From: a virus | Lineage: Duplodnaviria; Caudoviricetes | Virus record (IMG/VR): IMGVR_UViG_3300006930_000001 | Span: 1 to 64,000 of that record | Strand: one strand, 5' to 3' | Length of the DNA: 64,000 nucleotides | Shown here: positions 30,403 through 40,547 of the stretch, piece by piece | How positions within the stretch are numbered: position 1 is the stretch's first letter | Layout of the letters: each line of letters opens with the position of its first letter | Notes under the pieces: generated by a model | Databases searched by the model: none | Seen by the model: only the letters and a program-made list of their open reading frames with translations | What the model was told of the DNA's origin: nothing | Program-made: the position numbers and the translations under genes

Positions 30403-33400
30403 TTAGATCACCACATTCATCTCAATAGTTCCTACTGCAGAAATGACCTGGAATTCAAGATTTGCTGTTATGCACAGGATTTCTACACAGTCCCTGTAGT
30501 GCGATGATTGGATATACCCATCCACACCTTTTCTGGTCTCCCGGTCCAAAAAGAATATCTGCTGGTTGGCATTTTGACCGATCTTCCATCCACCAACACC
30601 TTTGCCCACTACACGGAATTTGTCACCCATTGCACAAGTTGTAGGGAGTGATAACACAAGACGCGATTCTCCATTGGATATGTAGCATTTGTCTGCCTCG
30701 ATTGTCCTGGACGATACCAATTGCGACCATGATTCTCCTGCTTCTGGAATTACCCACGGGACCCAGACACCACCAGTTTTTGCATATCTGATTCCTGCTG
30801 TCTGATCATAGAGCATTGCTCCTTCGGGTGGAACATCAAATTCCCATTCTCCACCAGTTCCATTGTCTATCCAGGTTGCAATTTTGTTTTCTTGGTCTGC
30901 CCATACACCTGTAGGAGATGCTCCAACAAGGAATCTATCATTAAAGTCATAATTGACAGGTGGAGCATTTAACGTGGCTTCTACCGATTCTTGCCAAGAT
31001 CCATCACTTGTTCCTGCAGGTCCTCTTGGCCCCATAGGTCCTTGTGGTCCGACTGCACCGGTATCACCCTTCTCACCACGTAACCCACGTAGTCCAGTTG
31101 GTCCCTGTGGTCCCTGTGGACCTTCGACACCCTGAAGACCACGTGGGCCTACAATATGACCACAATTTACCCAGGAAGTTCCAAACCAGACATAACAGTT
31201 CTGATCTGCTGCACAGAGATACCCATCATTCAGCGTGGCCGATACCGGAAGATCCCCAACAGTTGCCACAGATCCCAGGAGATTAATCTGGGTTCCAGGT
31301 GCTCCTGGTGGACCCTCGGGACCCATTGGACCAGCAGGACCTACAAGTCCATCTTCGCCATCAACGCCATCCTGACCATTGGTTCCAGCATCTCCTTTTT
31401 CTCCTTGTGGTCCACGGACTACAGAAGTTATATCGATCCATGCTGAACCATCCCATTGCTGATATACAGATCCTACGATAATAAACGTATCCTGTTGAAG
31501 AATTGGATTTCCTTCAGTTGCAAAATGTGCATCACGGGCAGTAGTATCTGCAAAGATATGTTCTGGTCTTACATAGATAGGACCAATGTATACTTGTTTA
31601 TTTACAAATGCAGATTCTTCTGCTTCGTAAAATATACCATCACCATCTTGTGGATTGGTGATCTTGAATCCTGCAAGTTCTACCCAATTATGTCCATGAC
31701 CAGCAAGAGCAAAATCACTTGACGGATGCCCATTAAGCAGTTGTGCATTAAGATTCGGAACAAGCACTTGTGATGCAACAAGGAATGGAGATCCTACATT
31801 TGTGAACGTATGCTGTGCAGAAATCTCTCTTGCATTGGCAAGATGAATATATTGCAAATGATCGTCATTTGCGAGTCCTGCAAGTGCAGAATGGTTTACA
31901 ACGCTTGGCAATTTCACCCAGGTAGTTCCATTGTATGTATACGAATGGTTATCTGCTACACATGCAACAAGCCATCCAGTTACCGGAGATTCGAATGCCC
32001 ATTCAGTTGTATATGTAGCAATTGCATTGTTATGACCTTCGAATGCTCCAGTTCCAGCAGTTCCGACCAGATAAATATCACCAGACGATGGTGTAACTGG
32101 TGGTGTATTGGTAACATCAAGAACAGAACATTTCCAAATCATACCAGCCACTGCTGCCGCAAGTGTATCAAGCGTTACTGCATCGGATCCAGCAACAGGT
32201 GGCGATAGATTGGTAAGTCTTCGTGTCTGGGCATCGATGGTTTCTGTATACATCCTCGGGTATCTTCCATCATGGGTATGAGGAGATCCACCAATATTAT
32301 ACGTTTCTCCACCTGGAATATTGATAGAATTTGGAACAATACCATATGGGAATCGTGCAATTGCATCGGCACGTATTGTCATTGCTTCTGCAATTTCAAG
32401 TCCACCAATAGGTTTTACCACAAGTGATACTCTGGAAAATCCATTACTGGCACAACATCCATAAATGAACATTCCACCACCAAATTCATCAACCTTTACA
32501 TTTTTGATGACATTTGCAGCGAATCCTATCCTTGGATGCAATGTTGCATTCTGTTCACAAGCATTCCAGTAATTATCTGGGTTCCATTTGGTATCTATAT
32601 CAAGAATTCCACCATATGTGAGAGTATCAAACGATGCATGCGTTTTAAGGATATATTCTCCACGACCAGTCTTGAACGGACGTTTAATCAGAAGATTTCC
32701 TTCGAGAAATGCATCATACCCTGCAGCCTTGGCATATCCACCAAATGAATCTGCCCAGACCATTAACTGATTTTTCACTGTTGGTGTTATTGGCAAAATA
32801 CCAGTGGTTGCATTAGACATACCCATGTTGATAAGCATGCAGTTTTCAAATAACTCTGCTGCCTCTTCATTCATACCAACACGGAGTTCTCTTTTTGTAA
32901 AATCTACACCAAGTTCTCCACCCCATAATCTTGCATTTGCAAGCCCTGCAGTATTTCCACGTTTTATAAGAATAATATTCTCTGTGCAATGAACTGACTT
33001 AAAAGTGGCAGTAACATCCAGATCTTCGGTAAGTGCATCATATACAACGGTATCACCTTCAACCTCTTCACCATTCACAGTAAGGGTATCAAGTTCATAA
33101 TCGTCGTCCGGGACTGCACGAATTACCACACGTTGGCCCTGGAGATAATCTTCACTTCCAGGATACATTGGTGTCGGATCAACAGAAATATCACCACCAA
33201 GACCAGATCCTCCAGTGGTATCAATATTATACGCAGTATGCGGTCCTGCACCAAATTCAACCGTTACTTCGAGATCGTCTTGTATATTTGGAATTTCAAC
33301 ACCAGCAATACCTCCAGTTCCAGTTCCAAGACCTGCTTCCGAATACTGTGTCGAAACACCAGTTCTTAAATTCTTTACAGTTATCGTCTTTGTTCTAAAA

Positions 33401-33585
33401 CCATTTGGTAAATTTGCTCCACCAGAATTGTAAGCATCTCTACTTGGTATGGTTTGAACATAAAACGAATCACCAGGTTCTACCCAGGATTCACCAAGTT
33501 TTTCAACGGAGTTTACTGCGTTGCATGGGGCACAATTATCCCCAAACATATCCTTGGTGTTCTTAATTACGTTTACGTATGGCAT
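30403..33585 (-). CDS. Large fibre protein with collagen-like repeats and DUF2793-like modules (1060 aa)
   Basis: Two Gly-X-Y runs (about 31010-31150 and 31290-31410); two W..V...PP....D.ylVG..tG.....n.iA.w modules; DDHLQY motif. Confidence 0.8.
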   Translation of the reverse strand: MPYVNVIKNTKDMFGDNCAPCNAVNSVEKLGESWVEPGDSFYVQTIPSRDAYNSGGANLPNGFRTKTITVKNLRTGVSTQYSEAGLGTGTGGIAGVEIPNIQDDLEVTVEFGAGPHTAYNIDTTGGSGLGGDISVDPTPMYPGSEDYLQGQRVVIRAVPDDDYELDTLTVNGEEVEGDTVVYDALTEDLDVTATFKSVHCTENIILIKRGNTAGLANARLWGGELGVDFTKRELRVGMNEEAAELFENCMLINMGMSNATTGILPITPTVKNQLMVWADSFGGYAKAAGYDAFLEGNLLIKRPFKTGRGEYILKTHASFDTLTYGGILDIDTKWNPDNYWNACEQNATLHPRIGFAANVIKNVKVDEFGGGMFIYGCCASNGFSRVSLVVKPIGGLEIAEAMTIRADAIARFPYGIVPNSINIPGGETYNIGGSPHTHDGRYPRMYTETIDAQTRRLTNLSPPVAGSDAVTLDTLAAAVAGMIWKCSVLDVTNTPPVTPSSGDIYLVGTAGTGAFEGHNNAIATYTTEWAFESPVTGWLVACVADNHSYTYNGTTWVKLPSVVNHSALAGLANDDHLQYIHLANAREISAQHTFTNVGSPFLVASQVLVPNLNAQLLNGHPSSDFALAGHGHNWVELAGFKITNPQDGDGIFYEAEESAFVNKQVYIGPIYVRPEHIFADTTARDAHFATEGNPILQQDTFIIVGSVYQQWDGSAWIDITSVVRGPQGEKGDAGTNGQDGVDGEDGLVGPAGPMGPEGPPGAPGTQINLLGSVATVGDLPVSATLNDGYLCAADQNCYVWFGTSWVNCGHIVGPRGLQGVEGPQGPQGPTGLRGLRGEKGDTGAVGPQGPMGPRGPAGTSDGSWQESVEATLNAPPVNYDFNDRFLVGASPTGVWADQENKIATWIDNGTGGEWEFDVPPEGAMLYDQTAGIRYAKTGGVWVPWVIPEAGESWSQLVSSRTIEADKCYISNGESRLVLSLPTTCAMGDKFRVVGKGVGGWKIGQNANQQIFFLDRETRKGVDGYIQSSHYRDCVEILCITANLEFQVISAVGTIEMNVVI

Positions 33586-33589
33586 CTTT

Positions 33590-33988
33590 TCACCCTATGT
33601 CCATGTTCACGGGACAGAATATCCCATCAACGCATATGATCAGGAATACATCCTGCCTGACCAGTTCTTCATTGGCCCTGGCAAATCGGGATAGGTCAAC
33701 ATACTTGCTTATTCCTCCATTATCTCTCCACAATGAAGTGACATCATAAATGCCACATCTCCCTGACCATGTATAAGTTCTTCCATTGCCTGCATTAAGA
33801 ACTGTCGTACCTGACCCACAACTGACCTTTGCAATCGAATTTCTGACTCTTGTTAAATAGATCGTTCCTTTTCCATCCCAATCAAAAGAATGTCCTGCTG
33901 GACCATTTTCGAAAAATGGTTCATCATATTGACCAATTGCAACAGTATCACCAGCAGATATCAATTTTATAATCCGAAGATTGGCCAT
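33590..33988 (-). CDS. Hypothetical structural-module protein
   Basis: ORF in tight operon context. Confidence 0.55.
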   Translation of the reverse strand: MANLRIIKLISAGDTVAIGQYDEPFFENGPAGHSFDWDGKGTIYLTRVRNSIAKVSCGSGTTVLNAGNGRTYTWSGRCGIYDVTSLWRDNGGISKYVDLSRFARANEELVRQDVFLIICVDGIFCPVNMDIG

Positions 33989-34659
33989 TATTCCTCCTCA
34001 AAATAAACGATCACCTTTCCTTTGTCAAATGGAGTCATTGACTGGACTTTAAATTCATCACCAGTCAAATTATAATAAGACGGATATTTAATCCCATCTT
34101 CGTTGCAAATGTCTCCTTCAAATGCAACATATTTAATTCTGCACATCGGGTATGGGTATGCCTTGATGGTGACAATATCACCAGCAGGTGCAGGAACAAA
34201 CCCAGAAAGTGGACTTGTAATTCCACTCCCATTATTCTGGATAACAAAACCGGTATCCGGATAAATAGCATCATCTTCGAGCCTTTCTCCAAACATTAAC
34301 TCCTTCAGATACATCATTGACTTGCCCATTACATAATATCTGAAATAAAGAGTCATACCCGATTTTCCTTCCAACTTTGACCTTGAAAGTTTCACACGAT
34401 ACTCTACAAATTCGTAAATATAACGTGCATGAGGTTTCATCGGTAATAGTTCATATTCTCCATCTATGCATACCAGGACCATGATCGTCTGAAAATGAGA
34501 TATATGAAGTTCCTGTCTCATTAAGAACCGTAGATACTGATTTTTGTATAATTCGGTATCATTGATCTGAATTGAATACTCCTGGTTATTTTCCGACATA
34601 ATCTGTTCAACATCTCCAAGGTAATCAATCCCACTGGAAAAAGGACCTGTAAGAATCAT
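33988..34659 (-). CDS. Hypothetical protein with a C-terminal beta-repeat-like segment
   Basis: Operon context; GSGITSP...GDIVTIKAYP resembles a segment in the 30403-33585 protein. Confidence 0.55.
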   Translation of the reverse strand: MILTGPFSSGIDYLGDVEQIMSENNQEYSIQINDTELYKNQYLRFLMRQELHISHFQTIMVLVCIDGEYELLPMKPHARYIYEFVEYRVKLSRSKLEGKSGMTLYFRYYVMGKSMMYLKELMFGERLEDDAIYPDTGFVIQNNGSGITSPLSGFVPAPAGDIVTIKAYPYPMCRIKYVAFEGDICNEDGIKYPSYYNLTGDEFKVQSMTPFDKGKVIVYFEEE

Positions 34660-37196
34660 ATATCCCTCACATAAGGTATGTATACATTATATTCACCTGG
34701 TTTTCCGACATTTCCACACAATACACCGTATTTTGATCCTGAAATGAATTCAAATCTATAATTGAATCCACTCAAAAACGTCACATACTTTTGTATACGT
34801 AATGGACTACCTCCTGTAAATGTTCCAACAGACAATCCATTCATTTTGATTGCAGCACCTGCAAATGGACAAGTTATGTTAAATTTGACCAATTGGATGT
34901 TTATAGCAGTCATACGTATCAGGATATTGTTATCTGTCAGATCCATAGTCACTGGATAACTATTTATCACATAGTAACCAGGTGCTGATATTGTAAGAAC
35001 ATATGAACCTGGGGCAAGAGTCTTTTTGACAACTGCACCATTATACGTTCCTACTCCAGATATTACAGTTGTAGCAGATGGTAACAAGTTTCCAAATGCA
35101 TCTACTATGGTAACGGTAAGCGTTCCAAATTCATCAGAATCCTTTCCTTCCCAATTTCCCCATATTGTATACGTGGATCCATCAGGAGCACTTCCTATCG
35201 TTATTGAAATCGTGTGTGTAGAATTATCTAACGAAGCGCCACCAGATCCTTGGTCTATACCACGATTCGTGCATGTTATGTGTGTTGGATCTCCAGATTT
35301 CCAATTTTCTCCACGCATTGATACAGTTCTTGTAGCAAATGTGACATCTACTACATCACCTTTCTTTCCTGCTACTTTACTCCCAATATCATACAGATGT
35401 TCCTGTATTTTGAAAGAAGTCCCTATAACTGTCGATATTGAACGTATTTCGTATGTATACGTCTTATCTCCTGGATCGTCTGGATCTGGATCTGGTGTAG
35501 GTCCTGGAGGATCGACTGGATCAATTGGATCGGGTGCAGGATCAATTCCTGTATCAACACCATTATCTGGGGATATATCCACTTCACATTTTGTTGTGAT
35601 ACCTCCCCCTCCTCCACCACTTGAAGATTTCGTCTCTACATCTGTTGTTGGATTAGATTCTCCATCTGCGTTACGATTTGTAGTCGTAGTGTCGGTATGG
35701 GGATCAGGTTCCGCAGGAGTTCCTTCGATTGGTGGTTTGTTGATTTTTCCTGGTATTATCACCGCAGATTTCTTGAATTTATCCACTGTAGCATTGCCAC
35801 TTGCAGATACAGGCATTGTTTTTGGATCGTATTCATCTACTGGAATATTATCCACTTTCCTCAACTTAACATTGGGATTTTTCTGTATAGTATCTCCAGT
35901 TGGTGATTTTTTGACTTCAAGAACACTTCCAGTGAAACTTGACACCGAATCCACATTTGGATTCATCATTAACTGGAAAAAGTTGCCAGCAGTCATTACA
36001 TCTCCACCACCATCACTGCCAATGGATCTCAATGCTGCAATACCATACACAAGCATCAATGCAATATCCATCACGGTTATAGTAGTTTTTCCTTTTACCT
36101 CTGCATCTCCAGTTTTTATCTCTCCAGTCGTTGTATCTTCGTATTCACAAGGAACACCAACAGCATATTCAATTTCCCCTTCATAAAGTTCAGATAACAC
36201 AATTGTGCATAATGTATCTTCTCCTTCTACTGCATTTGCAGAAGCAACACCATACAAATTAAGATTTCCTTCTTTTTTGAATGCTGCAAATGTATTTGAT
36301 CCTTCTGGATACAATTGTTGTTTTACCAGTGATTTACCAACAATCTTTGAATCTGTTGATCCAATCCACAATACATCTACACCTGGAACATGATTTGTGC
36401 CATCTGTGACATCTACTGCAATCATTCCATATTTTTGGCGTGGAAATGTTTCTGGATAATGCACAAGTTTTGGATAAAATGTAATATTGGATACAATCTC
36501 TTCTGCATATAACGAAGGTCCATAAAATGTATATGGATGATTGACCACATTGCCTTCACCATCATATGTATCATATGACCTTGTGCACATACAATTTCCA
36601 ACAGAATTGAATGTCTGATGTTTTATCATCAAAACAGAGTCAGTAGATATCTTCTTTTCAATTACAGAAGACCATCCAGACATATGTCTTGGATCTACAG
36701 CAATTCCAACAGATTTACAATTACCACGATAAGGAACTACCTTTGTAGTGCCACACCATCTCCCATAATCATCAACACGTTTTTCATCCTTTTCCCAGGG
36801 ACATTCAAAATGCCCACATTGGACCGGCATACGTGCTGTTCTCTTTGAACCATCCTCATATACCCATTCAAGTATAGGATCGGCATATGTCACAGTATAC
36901 GATTCCTGGACATAATCATACCTTACAATGGTTTTTCCGCCATCGCAGCCATTTGGCACAGGTATTTTGCCATCGAACTTGAATGGATCAATTTCATCAC
37001 CATCTATCATTACAGGGACTGCAGGAGGATCTCCCCATTTCCTTACAGCACTATCAGAAAATCCCAGATCAAGTGGAGCAAGTTTGTTAGAACAGTCAGT
37101 TTTGCACGTAATTGCATATTTACGATACCTGGTCTTCCCAGATGGATGGATATAGGTAACGTAAATATAGGCTGTTTTTTCAGCCATAATAGGCAC
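34656..37196 (-). CDS. 846-aa protein with Pro/Asp/Thr-rich linker and C-terminal beta-sandwich (PEGA-like) domains
   Basis: DPAPDPIDPVDPPGPTPDPDPDDP linker; TLTVTIVD...TLAPGSYVLTISAPGY. Confidence 0.65.
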   Translation of the reverse strand: MPIMAEKTAYIYVTYIHPSGKTRYRKYAITCKTDCSNKLAPLDLGFSDSAVRKWGDPPAVPVMIDGDEIDPFKFDGKIPVPNGCDGGKTIVRYDYVQESYTVTYADPILEWVYEDGSKRTARMPVQCGHFECPWEKDEKRVDDYGRWCGTTKVVPYRGNCKSVGIAVDPRHMSGWSSVIEKKISTDSVLMIKHQTFNSVGNCMCTRSYDTYDGEGNVVNHPYTFYGPSLYAEEIVSNITFYPKLVHYPETFPRQKYGMIAVDVTDGTNHVPGVDVLWIGSTDSKIVGKSLVKQQLYPEGSNTFAAFKKEGNLNLYGVASANAVEGEDTLCTIVLSELYEGEIEYAVGVPCEYEDTTTGEIKTGDAEVKGKTTITVMDIALMLVYGIAALRSIGSDGGGDVMTAGNFFQLMMNPNVDSVSSFTGSVLEVKKSPTGDTIQKNPNVKLRKVDNIPVDEYDPKTMPVSASGNATVDKFKKSAVIIPGKINKPPIEGTPAEPDPHTDTTTTNRNADGESNPTTDVETKSSSGGGGGGITTKCEVDISPDNGVDTGIDPAPDPIDPVDPPGPTPDPDPDDPGDKTYTYEIRSISTVIGTSFKIQEHLYDIGSKVAGKKGDVVDVTFATRTVSMRGENWKSGDPTHITCTNRGIDQGSGGASLDNSTHTISITIGSAPDGSTYTIWGNWEGKDSDEFGTLTVTIVDAFGNLLPSATTVISGVGTYNGAVVKKTLAPGSYVLTISAPGYYVINSYPVTMDLTDNNILIRMTAINIQLVKFNITCPFAGAAIKMNGLSVGTFTGGSPLRIQKYVTFLSGFNYRFEFISGSKYGVLCGNVGKPGEYNVYIPYVRDI

Positions 37197-38451
37197 CGCA
37201 ATCGATTACGGCATTCTTGATCCGGTTCTGATTAAGGTCAAAATGTCCGTATTCGTTTGTCTTAATACCATTGGTAAAGGTGCCACCCTGACCATTTGAA
37301 AAAAGAACATGATTAGTATTTGGATTTAATTGCACCGGAGCAGTCAATGCAAGACCAATTACCTCTTCCACAGTCTTATTTACCAAGTTTCCATTAGCAT
37401 CAATGACATATATCTGTCCAGTCCGTGGATTCGATGAATCAACATCATCCAAATCAACAAATGCCGATGCTCCACTACCAGAACCTGATCCAAACCCTAC
37501 CCAATCGGTAAGATTCCAGTAATATGGTCTCTTGTCTGCCAGGCTGTATACAGCAATACCTGCTTCCTGCCCATCGATAACCCATTCACCAGATATCTTT
37601 TCAAGGACCATACCACGCATCAATTCATCAGAACAAAGATTGGATATTGCATATCTATCTCCATTTGAAGATATGTTTGGTAATGCTGAAACGATATCGA
37701 TTACTGGATCTTTCCAGGTCCTCTTGTCAACATACCCCTTTGTGGCAGCATCGCCATCGCTCACTGGAGCACCGAGGTTGGCGATCTTTTTCCCATTGAA
37801 GTTTATATCGGCTGATGGTCTATTTGTCCCATCACGCTTCAGGAAATCATCATGGGTATGGCTTACATCTCCCTGGGTAACATCTGCCGGAACAACCCGG
37901 CCACTCTGCCACTGCAGGAACTGACCATTTCTGATTAGATCAATCTCTACATCGGTAAGATTCTTGATACTATCATGTGGCAGGTTTCCGGTGTCATGCT
38001 CGGGATCATAGAAATTATGAATGTCAACGTCCTCATGCCTGTCTACGGTCAGGTAATGCGGGTGACTATCCGCATCAAGATCGGTAAGCCAGGAATGGGA
38101 ATATAGCGAATTAATCCACCTTGACCCATTATACATGAACACTTGTCTGTTTTGTGGATCTACGATTGCTACATCTACCAATCCATCAAGATTGGTTATA
38201 GCACCATCAAGAAGCCCACCATGTAATGCCAGATGTCTAACCTGGTCAAGATACTGTTTATGATGGTCTTCTGCAAGATCCTCAAGTTCTCCATGTGATA
38301 TACGTTCATCATTAAGCGAGAACAGTATATTATGCCCATAAGTAGGGTCATTTATAGTGAAATCAATTGAAAGCAGACTATTTTTGGATCGAAATAGAAG
38401 AGTTTCTATCTCTTCTATATCCAATGATGTTTTTCCATCACTGATACGCAT
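37180..38451 (-). CDS. Fibre/collar protein with His-containing repeats and a DUF2793-like module
   Basis: EDHHKQYL, DSHPHYL, NLGAPVSDGDAATKGYVD, WKDPVIDIVS; first gene after the head-tail adaptor. Confidence 0.65.
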   Translation of the reverse strand: MRISDGKTSLDIEEIETLLFRSKNSLLSIDFTINDPTYGHNILFSLNDERISHGELEDLAEDHHKQYLDQVRHLALHGGLLDGAITNLDGLVDVAIVDPQNRQVFMYNGSRWINSLYSHSWLTDLDADSHPHYLTVDRHEDVDIHNFYDPEHDTGNLPHDSIKNLTDVEIDLIRNGQFLQWQSGRVVPADVTQGDVSHTHDDFLKRDGTNRPSADINFNGKKIANLGAPVSDGDAATKGYVDKRTWKDPVIDIVSALPNISSNGDRYAISNLCSDELMRGMVLEKISGEWVIDGQEAGIAVYSLADKRPYYWNLTDWVGFGSGSGSGASAFVDLDDVDSSNPRTGQIYVIDANGNLVNKTVEEVIGLALTAPVQLNPNTNHVLFSNGQGGTFTNGIKTNEYGHFDLNQNRIKNAVIDCGAYYG

Positions 38452-38752
38452 TGTTTCCTCCTACTCTGTTGTAATAGAGAAGAGGCAATCTGCTTCCACT
38501 ATCTGCGTCTGACAATGTTTTGAGGGTTCCAGTCAAATCTGTTTCAGATTTAAGTGGACCAACAGTAGCAGAATCTGGTAATTTGCCCGCAAGACGTAAC
38601 TTGGTGATTGCAAGTTTCACAGCCTTGTTTAGATGATGACTGTGGTTATCACCAGTATCAATTGCTGCTAAATCAAGCAGATCCTGTATTTCGTTGTCAG
38701 TTAATGCATCTGCTGGCAGAATTGCCTTGACTTCTTCTACAGTTGCTAACAT
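38438..38752 (-). CDS. Head-tail adaptor (gp15/gp6-like)
   Basis: MLATVEEVKAIL...LTDNEIQDLLDLA; directly after the capsid gene. Confidence 0.7.
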   Translation of the reverse strand: MLATVEEVKAILPADALTDNEIQDLLDLAAIDTGDNHSHHLNKAVKLAITKLRLAGKLPDSATVGPLKSETDLTGTLKTLSDADSGSRLPLLYYNRVGGNNAYQ

Positions 38753-38768
38753 AATCCCTCAAAAAAGA

Positions 38769-39611
38769 TTAGAGGGCCTTGAAATGCTGGATTGTCTTTG
38801 GCTGGTAGACAACCGGGACCAGAGCCTCATAGAGCCTTCCCCAGAGATCCTTGGATTTCTGCAGGATTTCAAGTTCCACAGTCATATCCTGTGCGATGAT
38901 GAGTTCATACTGGCTATTTGACTTGCCACCGGTGAACATTCCATGACCTGCAGGGATCCAATTGGTCACTTTGATGTTACTGACCATTGACTGGACCATC
39001 TCAAGTTCTGACTTGCCACCTGTCCAGAGTGAAATGCCCAACTGCGTATACTGCTGTGGGTTGATCGTCCACTCAAATGGACCATAGATCTCATTGGCCA
39101 TTGCATTCTCGATAGCGAGTGCAGTTGCCTTGGCAAAGTTACCAGGTGTTGCAGCATCGTAGGAATCAGTCACTTCGATACCAGCAGAATTAAGGAGACC
39201 CTTAATCTCGTAGTTTTTGCCATCGGTGCTGTATCCATTGATGACCATCTGGTTCTCGATGTTGGTGATCTGATATGCAGCAGCATTCGAGTTGATCGTG
39301 CTGATCGGATAGCCACCTTTTGCTGCAGCAGCCAGGTCTCTTCGGCCAACCCTGAATTCTTTCTGAATCAGAGGGATCGGAATATGTGCCCTGTCGAATC
39401 CAACACGGTCTTCGGCCATCTCAACAAACTGATATGAGACGACTGCCTCACTCATTTCCTCGGTCTTATCGTATGACCACTGCTGAACAGCGATACCACC
39501 GATTGGACCAGTAACCGGGAGCATACCACGGCATATATTTTGTTTTCTTGCTTCTGAAATGGCACCTGCCTTGATGACACGATACCACTCAACCGGAATT
39601 TCCATTGGCAT
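38769..39611 (-). CDS. Major capsid protein, HK97 fold, encapsulin/Linocin-M18-like
   Basis: IPIPLIQKEFRVGRRDLAAA, ENQMVING, IKGLLN, GPFEWTINPQQY; follows protease and decoration genes. Confidence 0.85.
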   Translation of the reverse strand: MPMEIPVEWYRVIKAGAISEARKQNICRGMLPVTGPIGGIAVQQWSYDKTEEMSEAVVSYQFVEMAEDRVGFDRAHIPIPLIQKEFRVGRRDLAAAAKGGYPISTINSNAAAYQITNIENQMVINGYSTDGKNYEIKGLLNSAGIEVTDSYDAATPGNFAKATALAIENAMANEIYGPFEWTINPQQYTQLGISLWTGGKSELEMVQSMVSNIKVTNWIPAGHGMFTGGKSNSQYELIIAQDMTVELEILQKSKDLWGRLYEALVPVVYQPKTIQHFKAL

Positions 39612-39623
39612 TTTTGATCCTCC

Positions 39624-40547
39624 TTAGATCATTGCGAGTGCCCCTACTCGCTTGGTCTCCGTGGTTGCATCAGTAGTTTTCTGACATCTTGCTACCGGGA
39701 TGATACCTTCTCCTTCAACCGACAGCAGGATATAACCGGCAACAGTGTGATTGCTGGTGGTATATGACAGCCTCATGGTTGCATTTGGAATGGTATACGG
39801 GACTTCTCTGGTGAAATACAGTGCAGTCGAATCCGCTGATTTGATTGTGGTTCCTGCAAGCAGAGCACCCACAGTAAGGTTTCCTGCAGAAGCATCATCA
39901 AGAACCGGATTCACGTATCCTGCAGTTGCCAGGCTTGCTCCATTGATAAATCCATCAGCATCTCCACCAGAAAGACTGGAAAGAATACCAACATCAATGG
40001 TTGCAGACTCTGCAGCGGTTTCTACAAGAACACCAGCACCGGTGATCCTTATTCCCTGTGGAATGAGAAGTGCAGTATCAAATTCAGTGGCTTTCTTGGT
40101 GAACGGAATCATCACAGTGATACCACGTTTTCCAATGAATCCAGGAATGACTTCTCCCCCACCCCACGAAAACAGGACCTGTCCCTTCTTGGCAAGCGTT
40201 CCCCTGGTGAGCCAAGGCCACAGGAAGGTATTCCCACCAACAAGGATTGGAATAGGACAATCTTCTGGGAATGCAAGAGATGGAGTTTTTGGACGCATCG
40301 TGCCATAGTCTGCAGGATTTGCAACATTTGCAAGGTATGACTGCTCAAGACCTGCAAAACCAAGGACTGGTAACAGACCATTGCCCCTTATGATACCAAA
40401 ATCGTCAGTGCCATCGGTCTTGTAGTTCGATACAACATGGCCCGGTTTGATAGTGGCTTCCCTGGACATTCCCTCGATAATCGTGATGGATTCAACGGAT
40501 CCGGAGACTACCTGGTATTTTGGTTCAACAATGTGTGCATAACCCAT
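39624..40547 (-). CDS. Capsid decoration/cement protein
   Basis: Between scaffold and capsid genes; IKPGHVV, GTLAKKGQVL. Confidence 0.6.
   Translation of the reverse strand: MGYAHIVEPKYQVVSGSVESITIIEGMSREATIKPGHVVSNYKTDGTDDFGIIRGNGLLPVLGFAGLEQSYLANVANPADYGTMRPKTPSLAFPEDCPIPILVGGNTFLWPWLTRGTLAKKGQVLFSWGGGEVIPGFIGKRGITVMIPFTKKATEFDTALLIPQGIRITGAGVLVETAAESATIDVGILSSLSGGDADGFINGASLATAGYVNPVLDDASAGNLTVGALLAGTTIKSADSTALYFTREVPYTIPNATMRLSYTTSNHTVAGYILLSVEGEGIIPVARCQKTTDATTETKRVGALAMI

Noticed and set aside
22070-38451. Diversity-generating retroelement targeting the adhesins
   Set aside because: No reverse transcriptase in the window and no near-identical TR/VR pair differing at adenines was seen; similarities are at protein level only
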